A stretch of 64,000 bases of DNA, from positions 2,356,001 through 2,420,000 of the forward strand of contig CP089275.1 of NCBI GenBank assembly GCA_023920165.1, in the 5' to 3' direction. The stretch is from Curvularia clavata. Its lineage: Eukaryota. The stretch's first letter is position 1; each line of letters opens with the position of its first letter. Shown piece by piece: positions 1-11,123 of this stretch. A model generated the notes under the pieces. The model made no database searches, was not told where the DNA came from, and saw nothing but the letters and a program-made list of their open reading frames with translations. The position numbers were made by a program, and so were the translations under genes.

Positions 1-3000
1 TTCTCCAGCTCGACGTGGAACTCCTCGCCAATCTCAGGTCGTGACAAGAAATAGCGGGTTGGTAGAACGGAAAGGTCTCCGTACTTGGTGGTCCACTTCT
101 TGTAGTCCTCAAACACCTTGGGGTACATGATGTAAGATGCGACATCGCACTCTGTAGCGTCACCCCATTTTTCCTTGAGCTCCGACTTGATCTGGACGAT
201 ATCCACCGGGTCGAGGTAGAGACCAGGGCGCTTGTCCATCTTCCTTCGTCCACGGAGAGCTTGCGAACGAAGAGGCTCTGGGAAGCCGCCGTATGGCTGA
301 CCCATCAATCCCTCGAAGAATTCCAACACTGAAGATGGGAAGTCAAGTTGGTCAGCCTTGGCAAGAACATCGTCGTAGGAAAGGTTGTTGGAGACCATAA
401 ACTGGGCCAGGTCACCGACAACCTTGGATGTGGGAGTGACCTTGACGATGTCACCAAGCAAGTCGTTGGCTTGTTCGTAAGCCTTCTTGGTCTGGGCCCA
501 CTGCTCACCAAGACCTTGCTGAGAGGCCTGGAAGATGAGATTTGTGAGTTGACCTCCTGGAATCTCATGCTCGTAAACTTCAGGGTCGGGACCAGTAAGA
601 CCGGCCTCGAAAGGTGAGTAGAGGAGACGAAGCTGAGCCCAGTACGCGTCAAGGTTGCGGATCATGTGGGCATCTAGACCAGCATCGAACTCTGTACCCT
701 CCAGAGATGCGAGAATAGCCCCGATGCTGGGTTGAGACGTCATGCCAGACATGCTGTCAATTGCAGCATCGACAGCGTCTGCACCAGCTTCAGCGCAAGC
801 AACCATGGATGCGACACCAGTGCCGGCAGAGTCATGAGTGTGGACGTGAATAGGAAGATCGGGGTACTTCTCGCGGATCGTGCCGATCAAAAGGCGAGCC
901 GCGCGGGGCTTGAGCACACCAGCCACTATAGTTTCAAAAGTCAGTGTATTTGTCACAGACATCTTTGAGTGCTGAGTACGTACTGTCCTTGATTCCGAGA
1001 ATGTGAGCGCCCATCTTGACAATCTTGTCAACAACGCCCAAGTAGTACTCCAGATTGTACTTCTTCTTGGGGTTCAACACTAACATGTAAAGTTAGCAAA
1101 AACTCATTCCAGTTTAAAAATTAAGCCACTCACTGTCTCCGGAATAGCACACTGTCGCTTCTGCAACACCGCCGGCTTTGAGAACAGCCTTGACGCCGAC
1201 CTCGAGTTGCTCGACGTCGTTCAGCGCATCAAAGACACGGAAGATATCGATGCCATTCTTCTTGGCCTGCTCACAGAAATGGAAGATGGCGTTGTCGGGC
1301 AGCGAAGAGTAGGCAACACCGTTGGCGCCTCGAAGGAGCATCTGGAAGGGAATGTTGGGCACGAGCTTCCTCATCTTGCGGAGTCTGTCCCATGGATCTT
1401 CGTAGAGGAAACGCATGGCAACGTCGAAAGTAGCACCACCCCAGCACTCCAGAGCCCAAGCGTTGGAGTAGGCATGGCTGGTCTCCTTGGCAATGTTGAG
1501 GAGGTCAACTGTTCGGACGCGGGTAGCGAGAAGCGACTGGTGAGCATCACGCCAGGTCGTGTCCATGATCAGACAACCCTTGTTGGCACGTACGGCCTTT
1601 GCAAAACCCTCAGGTCCTTCCTTCAGGATGACGTTCCTCCAACCCTGAGTGCAGGGAGCAGAGGTATCAACCTTCTTGCCGGCATGGTCGTGAATGGCCG
1701 GGATGGGGATGACACCCTTGAATTTGGGTTCGCCAATCTGTCCCTTGATCTGACTACCGTTGACAGCTAGGTCGCCCAAGTAGGCAAGAAGCTTCTGGGC
1801 ACGATTTTGGGAGCCGATGAGATCGAACAGAGCCGGGGTGTCGTCGATGAAAGTGGTCCAGCACTTGCCATCGACAAAGGTGGGGTGTGTAAGAAGCTTG
1901 AGCAAGAAAGGGATGTTGGTCTTGACGCCACGGATTCGAAACTCAACCAGGGCACGCAGCATCTTGCGGCGCACAATTTCGTAAGTAGAGCCACGGCAGG
2001 AGCACTTGACCAACATGGAATCGTAATGAGGAGTGATGATGGCTCCTGCGAATCCATTACCACCATCGAGACGCACGCCGTTACCACCGGCAGAACGGTA
2101 GACCTCGATCTTGCCAGTATCAGGGGCAAAGTTCTGGGCGGGGTCTTCGGTAGTGATACGGCATTGGAATGCAAAGCCGCGAGTCGAGATGTGATCTTGA
2201 GTCAGACCAAGCTGCTCCAGAGAGGCACCTGCAGCAATCTGGATCTGTGCGGCGACAATGTCGATACCGGTGACTTCCTCGGTAATGGTGTGCTCGACTT
2301 GGATACGGGGGTTGATCTCGATGAAGTAGTAGCGGTTTTGCTGATCGACAAGGAACTCAGCAGTACCGGCGTTTCTGTACTTGACGCTCTGTGCCAGCCT
2401 AACAGCGTCGGCAAGAATGGCATCGCGAGTCTCGACTGGGAGGTCCTTTGCAGGAGCAATCTCGACAACCTTTTGGTGGCGACGCTGGACACTGCAATCA
2501 CGTTCGTAGAGATGAACGACGTTGCCCTGGTTGTCACCCAAGAGCTGGACTTCAATGTGCTTGGGCTTGTCGAGGAAGCGCTCAATGAAGACTGTGCCGT
2601 TACCAAACGCCGACTTTGCCTCGGACGTGGCACGCTCAAATGCGTCCTTTAGCGTTGATTGCTCACGCACGACACGCATGCCACGGCCACCTCCGCCAAA
2701 GGCAGCCTTGATGATGATGGGAAAGCCATATTCGTCGGTAAAAGCCTTGGCGTCTTCGAACCTGTCGACAGGGCCAGGGGTACCTGGTACAACGGGGACG
2801 TTGCACTTGACGGCCAGCTTTCGGGCAGAGACCTTGTCGCCGAGGGCGTCGATGGTGTCGGGAGAGGGGCCTACAAACTAAAAGCAAGTAATGTTAGCGT
2901 GGGGGGGAAAGGCGTTTTGCAAGGGTGAAGAAATTAATAGGTGGTGGTGGTGATGCAGGTGCAGACTGCGAGGATCGGCGCCGGGCAGGTGGGTGATCGG

Positions 3001-3533
3001 CCCCGCCTCGAGCTCAACCGCGGGCGATAGGCATGTGCGAGCCCCTCGAAGCAATTTCGTCATAGCGTAAACAAAATGGTAAGACTCACAATCAGGCCAG
3101 CCTTTTCCACGTTGCGGGCAAACTCAGCATTCTCAGACAGGAAGCCGTAGCCCGGGTGGATCATGTTGACATTATGCTCGACGGCAATCTTGATGATCTC
3201 GTCGCCCGCCAAATAGGCTCCGACGGGTGTGTACTGGCCCCGCGCGCCGATCTCGTAGGCCTCGTCGGCCTTTTGCCTGTGCATGCTGAGGCGGTCCTCG
3301 TGACTGTAGACGGCCACTGTGTGCAGCGACAGCTCGTGGGCGGTACGGAAGATGCGGATGGGGATCTCGCCTCGGTTGGCCACGAGCAGCTTCTTGAGCT
3401 GCATGATGGAGCTGCTTGCTCGCAGCTTGTGGTGCACCGAATTGCGGTGGGGGTGGTGCTCGCCATGGTCCTCGTCGTAGTCATTGTCGTCAATGGCCGA
3501 TGAGTTGGCCGGGTCAGCTTGGAGGGCCGACAT
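1..3533 (-). CDS. PYC1: Pyruvate carboxylase (3' end runs off the window)
   Basis: Biotin carboxylase motifs [20 protein letters not shown] and RIQVEH; carboxyltransferase motifs [11 protein letters not shown] and WGGATFD. Introns 2878-3089, 1080-1133 and 926-983 (GT-AG) restore GLI|FVGP, GDM-LNPKK and IKDM-AGVLKP. Confidence 0.97.
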
Positions 3534-4897
3534 GGTGGCAGACGGCTGTGTCTAGTTGGATGGGCAAGGACGAGGACGTGGACGAGGAGACGTCCGAGGG
3601 GGAAAAGAGAAGGGAGGGGGGAGGGGTGGAGAGAAAGGGAAGGCGAGGTCTGAGAAGCGTGGACAAGGACGGCTCCAGGGCCAATTTATGAGGGCAGCCT
3701 CGAGCAGCAGGGCGAGGTTAATCCCGAAACAGAGACAAACGGCCAAGGCGACTCGATGGACTCAATTCAACTCAACCACTTCGCAGCAGCAGGAGCTGCA
3801 GCAGCTGCATGCCGCGCCCTGGTCATAGCTTCACCGGGCGCGGGGGAGATAACATGGCTCATCGAGGGGCAGTTGGCCGACGCAACCCCCAAGCTCCACT
3901 CCACCGAATTGGCGTTTCGAGAGAGGATTGCGTACACGACGACGGCGACGACGCCGTCACACGCTCCCCCAAACACGTTTCGCCCTCGCCCTCGTCCCCA
4001 CGCCCCTCCCACGCCCGCTTCCTTTGGCCTTTCAAAGCCATGTCGTCGGACTAAGCTCGGCGTCGGCCGACATGCAGTCGCTTTTCTTCGGCCTCGATGC
4101 CTCGGCCACGCCTCAAACTATCTAATACCAAGTCCCCCCTCTTTCCGGTGTGGTGTGCCCCTCTTCTGCCTCGTTCAATTTTATCTTTTTCGGACTCATC
4201 GCTTGCTGCTGCGGTTCCGCGCCTTGGCTCCGGTCTCTGCTGCTTGTCAGCCGCATAAGGCAAGCATTTCTGGGCAGCATCAGGTTCCGTCAATCGCGTT
4301 TGGAAACCTTAACCCTACAACTCGGCTTGGCACGCCCTGCTTTGATACAACCGAGAGAAGCCAATCCGCACAAACGTAGTAAAGTCCAAAACAGCCGTGT
4401 GACATGAACATGATTTTGCCAAGCATGATTGCTATCTGCGCTGCTACCACACCCATTAACAAGCGAGCCAAGACGGTTTCAGCAGTGGCTACCGGAAAAA
4501 AAGTTCGTGCTAGTGGGGCAACGCCAAGCCTCTCTCGCTATCACCACCACCACCACCATCTTGGTCCTGCATACTCTTCTCAACCGTCCTGGCTTGTTCT
4601 TTGGGTCGACCTCGCACACACCCGTGCATTCCAGTTCCAGTACCGTCGCACAAAACATTCAACCATGTAATCATATTCGGCCCCACTTGTTGGTCACAGG
4701 CGGGGCACAGCTTGAGCCAGCCGCTTATCAAACTCCTCCATAGCCTTCTTCGTCCTTGACTTCCTCTTCAATCAAGGGTGCTACCATGAGCAACCCAGTT
4801 GTCTTCTTTGCTGACTTTCCCCCACTCCTTCATTCTGTCCCATTCAATTGTTCGAGTGAATTGTTCCCAAGGTTTTTAAACCGCCAGCGTCCTTCGC

Positions 4898-6528
4898 TTA
4901 GACCCAAACCGACAAGTCGTCGTCGTCAGTGGGAGCGCCCTCGGTCGATTTTCTCTGGCGCTTCGTCGGTGTCGCTGTCTTCGAAGCGCTCGCAGGCTTG
5001 CGCTTTTTAGGTGTCTCGTCTCGGGAGCTGCCCCCAGGCTTGCGCTTCTTCCCGGGGGTCTTTTCTGGCTTCGGGACGGCCCCCGAGGACTGCTGGTCGA
5101 ATGTAGGGTCGACCATCCGATGTGCTTTTCTAAAAGCCGTTCGCTGTGCCGCAACGCTGCCCTTAACATCCGTCACATAGTCTGCGTTTGAGAGCGCAAT
5201 GCCCTCCTCACGCGAGACCTCTGGTCTATAAGAAGTCAGAAAGATATCAATTTTAGAATGAGTCGCAGAGAATGAGAAAAAAGAAAAAGGAGAAGACTTA
5301 CAGCTCCTCGCACTTTTTGCCATTTTTCAGGCAACCAAAGCAGCATTTTGATGTTTTACCGACTGCATCTCTGCAATATGATTCATGGCCAAGATACACT
5401 GCTTTTACGCAGTGCAAGCAAGGTGGATTCCTCAGCTTTCCAGGTCTCAGAGCTGGCGTAGCGGCGGGTGTGGCGGCGGCGGCGGCGATGTCGTCGTCGT
5501 CGCTGTCATTAAAAGGATTCCTGCGTATGGGCTTAGTTGTGGCGGGAGTGGCGGCGGCATCGTCATCGTTATCATCAGAGCGGTCGCGGGGCGTAGGTTG
5601 AGCTTTGTCGGAAGTAGAGCTTGAAGGCTTGACTGGCACAGGCGTAGATTGAGCTTTAGCGGAAGCAGAGCTTGAAGGCTTAACTGGCGTGGGTGTAGAG
5701 CCTGTAGAAGCTTGCGTCAGTCTTTTCTTAAGCTCCTCGAGAAACTCTTCACTCTGGAGGGGAGAGGGAAGCCCAACAGAAATGGACTTACGAGGACTCT
5801 GACTACGCGCAGGCTGCATGGAAAGGCGTTTCCTTTCTTCAATCTTTTGTCGGAAGCGCTTCAGCTCTTCCTCTTTCTGCTTCAGCTCTTCTTCTTGGCG
5901 CTCGAGCTCGAGGCGTTCCTGCTCGACTCGCTCTTGCTCCTGTCTTTCTCGCTCTTCTTCAGCTTTCCTTTTTGCTACAGCTTCGGCAGCTTTGGCAGCT
6001 TTCTCCTGAGCGTCCCGCGCTGAACTCCAATGTGCATGAGCTAGAGACCCTAGTGGGGGAGGATATGTCGCATGTTTCGCTGATGAGGGGCGTGTTCTTT
6101 CCTGACCGAGCGAAGAAAGTAACCAAGAGCCATTGAGAGGTTTCTGCGCTGATAGAACACTTGGTGTACGCTGTGCTGATGGAACAGATACACGCTGCGG
6201 TGACGATGATTCGGCCGCTTTTTCGAACGCTTCAAGATTTCGCTTGTCCTTTGCCGCTTCTACGAGCTTCTCGAGTGGACTTCCAGTCAAGTTCTCGATG
6301 ACCGCTCGGCCTATTGCCTCAAATTGGTTGGGAGAGAACCCTAGCATAAAGCTTCTCATGCTAGTGTCGAACTTCTCACGAGCCTCTTGGATTTCCTTGT
6401 CCAGCGCCGCTGGTGACGACGCTGATATCAAATCCTTGGAGACTCGGGTCTCAAGGCGCTCCTCACCTTGCTAGAAAAGCTCAGTCAGTTTGTTGTCTAC
6501 GCAATTGCTTGGTATTACTCACTGCCAT
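4898..6528 (-). CDS. Orphan putative nuclear protein: coiled coil, low-complexity repeats, atypical six-cysteine cluster, basic C-terminus
   Basis: ATG GCA (6528-6523), intron 6471-6522 (GTGAGT...CTGAC...TAG), a long open exon 6470-5302, then intron 5226-5301 (GTAAGT...TAG) joining in frame to ORF 4898..5323. Contains CLHC-x11-C-x9-CCFGC-x6-C and KKRK motifs. Confidence 0.75.
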
Positions 6529-6700
6529 ATTGCAGAGCTGGTTGGCTTGTTGGAAAACAGCGTACGACGGCGCAGAGGCGTAGAGCAAGCGAAGAACAGG
6601 CGAGATAAGAGAATGAGTAAGTGAGGAGCTTTGGGGGCGAGGGCGTGGGACTATATACAGACGAGTTTGCATCAGTGCACGGACCTGGCGCCTGGCAAAC

Positions 6701-6875
6701 GGAGGTGAAGGTAAATAGAGTAAAGGCAAACGAAAGTAAAAGCAGGCGGAGGTGAAGGTGGATAGAGATAAGGCAAACGAAAGTAAAGGTAAATAGAGGT
6801 AAAGGTGAATAGAGATAAGGCAAACGAAAGTAAAGGCAGATGGGAGTAAAGGCAGATGGAGGTAAAGGCAGATGG
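6701..6875. repeat. Degenerate purine-rich tandem repeat array upstream of the orphan gene
   Basis: Exact 28-bp direct repeat ATAGAGATAAGGCAAACGAAAGTAAAGG at 6762 and 6809, with a partial copy at 6723. GTAAAGGCAGATGG occurs three times (6830, 6846, 6862; period 16). Confidence 0.9.
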
Positions 6876-7344
6876 TTGAGTGTGGCAGAGTGTCCATAGC
6901 TTGCGCCAATACGTCACGCCTGCCTTTACCCATACCCCGGTATGAGAATCAGAGACGTTGGTTGATTGCAGGGAAATTTTAGCAGTACACCATGGGTTTA
7001 GAATAATAGTAACAACGTATTGAATGCGACCATCGTTGGTTAACCGTAGTCGGTGAGTTTTGCAACTTGCAATGCCACGCAATTTGCAGGCAATGTTGTT
7101 GTGGCAATCAGTGTATTACCAGACTATATATATACTAATTAAGTCTATGGCTTTCTTCTCACCAGGAGTAGCCTTTCAACAGTGACCCCAAGACCAAAAC
7201 TACGTCACCTCCTCTCACTAGCCATTGCTACCATTTACCGACTGTATCTGTCCTGTTGGGCACTTGTCTCGCCACCACGCTCGATCAAACGTCAAAGGTG
7301 CGGTATGTTAAAACAACACAGTTAGATACGGCAGTAAAACACCT

Positions 7345-9056
7345 TTACTGCGCCTTTGCGAGCTTGGCTCTGCTAGCAGCGAGAGCGCCAGCAAGACTGA
7401 ACTGAGTTTTGATGCCGTCAATGCGGTGGACGGCGTTGAGGTTTTTAACACAGGTGATTTGGTAGCAGGTGGCACTACCCTGGCGGGAAGTGATGGTAGA
7501 ATAAGCAAGGAAGTACTCCCAGATCTATGCCGCTGTTAGCTTCTATTCACCATGGAAGAACATGAGAAGCTCACCTTGAACCAGCGGACGCCATACTTGG
7601 CAATGACCTTGTCCTTGTTGGCGAGCCAGTTACGGTACCACCTCCAGAGAGTGGCAGAGTAATGTACACCAATGGTGTCTACCATCTTGACCTCAAAACC
7701 AGCACCCTCGAGGGTGTCAATAACGAAACCGAGAGGAGTAGACGCGTCGGCACCAGGGAAGATGTACTTGTTCATGAAGAGACCCCAGGTGAAGTCCTCA
7801 AATTGCCAGGCTTTACGGAGACCAGCGATCTGGAGGAAGAAGACGCCATCATCCTCGAGCATATCATAGACCTGACGGAAGAAAGCACCCAGGTGCCGGA
7901 CACCGACATGCTCAGCCATCTCAAGGCAGGTAATCTTGTTGTAGCCACCAGAGGGAACGGGAATTTCACGGTAGTCCATGCAGAGAATGTTGGACTGTTC
8001 AGCCTCAATACCAGCCTTCCTCAGACCGTTGTTACCCCAAGCAGTCTGGTTACGGCCGAGCGTGATACCTGTCACTTTTGCGTCATAGTTTACGGAAGCA
8101 AACTTTGTGAGTGTGCCCCATCCGCAGCCAATATCGAGCATTCTCTCGCCGGGCTGCAGGTCAATCTTCTCACAGACGACCGACATTTTGTTGTCCTGCA
8201 GTTGTTCCAAGCTCTCTTCCTTGTTGATATCTGAGATGATGCCAGAAGTATAAATCATGCGGGGACCGAGGAACCAGCCGTAGAAATCATCGCCACGGTC
8301 ATAGTGGTCGCGGACTTGTTCTTCGTCTGGAGCGGGGTCAGTACATGCAGAAATTGGAAATGTACGGCGTACTTGCCCTGAGACTTGGAGTGAACAATCA
8401 TCTCTGGAATCATTCCGAAGAGGAAGTGCTTGATCAATCCGAGGGTAAAGCGGGGCTTGGACCAGTCGTGGCGCCATTCGAGAATCTCGAGCATATCACC
8501 GTTGAGCTCAATGTCACCGTCAAAGTACTTTTCCTGGAAAGTCTCAAGAGGAATCTGCTTCTTGCCATAGTAGGCGTCGCGGTCCTCGGCCTTGTTGAAC
8601 TTGAGGTAGTGTTCGATGGGCTTGCCGGGAAGCTTGGCCTTCTCGTTCTTGCGGGGGGCGAATTCAGATGTAAGCCACCAGAAGGGACCAAGGATGGGAA
8701 GGCACAAGACGATGGTGAGGAAGAGCCATGTCTTGAAGCCCATGCCCCAGCTCCATGTGATGTAGGCGGGGACGCCTACGAGCAGCGAAATGAGGACATA
8801 GTTGTTGAACGACTCGCGACCGGAACCTTCTGCGGGGCAAGGGGCGTTGGCAATGGTCGGATACTGTAGATTGGCAAGTGTCAGCTCTATATCTATTGGA
8901 GTCGTTGCTCAATGGTTGGCGGGGTTATCGTCTGAATGTCCACGGGGACCCTACCGAAGTCGTCTTGACGCCACAGTCGAACGCGGGCGCCGTGGGCGAG
9001 GGCGCAGGAGGCGTTTCGACGAACTCGAAAGTCTCCTCGGAAGTATTGCTGCTCAT
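7345..9056 (-). CDS. Sphingolipid C9-methyltransferase (cyclopropane-fatty-acyl-phospholipid synthase family)
   Basis: Motifs QVRDHYDRGDDFY, LDIGCGWG, LEMAEHVG and YIFPG, plus an N-terminal hydrophobic segment. Introns 8864-8954, 8327-8376 (GC-AG) and 7525-7574; stop TAA at 7345-7347. Confidence 0.9.
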
Positions 9057-9444
9057 CTTGCCTGACGCGGAGCAATTTTGCAGGATTAAAGCAGAGGTGT
9101 TGCGAATGATGCCTTTTAACGGCGGCGGTGAACTAAGGGTACCTAAGCGAGGGAGACGCGGGGGGGTTACGACGTGCCCCTGCAGAGTGGATAAAGAGCA
9201 CTAACTTCAAACAACAATTGAACAGCACACGCCAGCCCTCACCGATACATATGTCCCTGACTATCACTATAAGCAGTTTATTTTGTGCGGATATGCACAG
9301 CTATGCAGACGACAAAAAGTGGCCAGATTGCAATGTGCTCCCAAGCGCATGCCGCTTGGACTACCATGTGCCTAGAAGATAAGGGCCTACGCCAGCAGCC
9401 GCCAAAACCAAGCCCAGTAAGGCATAGCAAGAGACTGAAACCAC

Positions 9445-10431
9445 TCAAGACACGTCTGCCGACAAGTTCCTTTTGACAAAGTCCATGTGCTCCTTGGCCA
9501 CGCCAGCTTGGTCGAGGTATTGCTCGACGCTGCCGTACTTGTCCAGTATATGCGAGTAGACGCTTGGTACCAGGTCTGAGGGGCACAGGGCAAACTGCCT
9601 TGACAAGCCAATTGCACTAATTTCGTGCAGCCTCTCATCCATCTCGGATGCAAGCTCCGACTCGGACAGCTCATAGTCTTTTTTCACCACCTCTGGGTCG
9701 ACGTTTAGGAGCAGTAGGACAAGTAGAATGACCAAGCCAGTCCTATCTTTTCCCTGAGTGCAGTGCACGAGCAGTGGCCAGCTCTCAGGCTGGGCAAGAA
9801 CTTGAAATACCTGGGCAACCTCGTGTGTGCAGACGTCGAGGGATTGGGTCGCTAGCCCAACAAGGCCCATGTCTTCCATGTAAGGAGCGAGAACTCTGAT
9901 GGCGTCTGTGCGGTAGCCCAGGACCATGAGGCCGATTAGTCTGAAAAACTCGAGCCAGGTCAGCTTGGAGATGAGCATGCGCGAAAAGGCGGAGCCGTTG
10001 AAGTTGATTTGGTGATAATGGATGCCGGGCAGCTTGATTGGTTCTGCCACCTGGTCGGTCGTCTTGGGCACCGCCGCCGACGCTTGGACCCTGGCCCCAT
10101 GCTTCTGCGCCTGTTGGATATGCTCGGTTTTTGTGCGCAGATCAATGATGGCCTTGATGCCAAAGTCTTTGACCAGTCTTTGCCTGTCGAGAAACGAGGC
10201 CTCGTCTTTTTGCCGTTAACGCTGCGCCACGCGAGTTGCAGGCAGGACGAACTTACCAGGCCGAGCACTGCGGTACAACAAACCAGTCTTGAGCTTGCTG
10301 GGACGTGATCAGCCGTGCTGCAATGCCCGTGGACAGTCTATGGCGTACCTTGTGCCTAAGCTATCGTTGCAAAATTGGCCAACGTCGCGAAAGTTGGCGA
10401 CACTTTGCAGCGGGCTACGTGCTTCTGCCAT
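9445..10431 (-). CDS. Tyrosine/serine protein phosphatase (Y_phosphatase3/IphP-like family)
   Basis: NFRDVG, LYRSARP and IIDLR motifs with catalytic HCTQGKDRTG. Introns 10298-10348 and 10206-10256. Confidence 0.88.
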
Positions 10432-11123
10432 GGCTAGGCCTGCACGATAGTCGAGTGACGGCAACGTAATGGTAGGAGAGTTTGTTGCAACTATCTTGGA
10501 GTTTTAGGGCCAGAGTGACGTAGCAAAGGTCACCGTCACACTAGCCGCGCCGAATGCCAGGGCAGAGCCTTATCCGGAGTCCATGTCTGTAGTATATGTA
10601 AGTACATACAGCATGTCCAGTAGACTGACTCGCCCGCTGGCCGCGACATGGCAGGACACCCTCGGCGCGGCAGTTTTTTTGGGGGGAGGGGTGCTTTCGG
10701 TACTGCTGGCGAGTGTACTTAGTTGTACAGATGGGACGGAGGACCATGTTGCCGGTCATATCAGATGGGCGCAAGGATGTGACTGGCGGGACGCATGTGC
10801 AAGTCGCTCATTTACATGGCCTGGCCTCTTTTGGTGAGCCCGTGGCCTGTTTACAACATGGCATGCAGGCCCAGAGCGGCATAGCGGCAGTGGCAGGTTG
10901 CGGAACGCCCACACCACGGGCGATCCTCCACACCTCGGATGACATCATTCCTGTCTTCATCGTCATTTCGCCATGCCTCAGCGCCACGCCCTGCTACCGT
11001 CGCCGGCCGTTGCGCTGGCTCCCTCTTCCTCGCAGCATATACAAGTATCTGCCTTGTGCCATTGCACCGCCGTGCTATCGTGGCTTTGCATCATTGACAC
11101 GCACTCGCACTCGCACCCGCACA

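Noticed and set aside
1207..2652. Long antisense ORFs over PYC (and similarly over the beta-galactosidase, permease and CYP51 genes)
   Set aside because: Shadow ORFs produced by GC3-biased codon usage on the real coding strand.
4483..4507. CAGTGGCTACCGGAAAAAAAGTT resembling a Tc1/mariner terminal inverted repeat
   Set aside because: No flanking TA, no partner inverted copy found in the window and no transposase.
6701..6875. CRISPR-like repeat-spacer array
   Set aside because: Eukaryotic context, degenerate overlapping units, no unique spacers and no cas genes.
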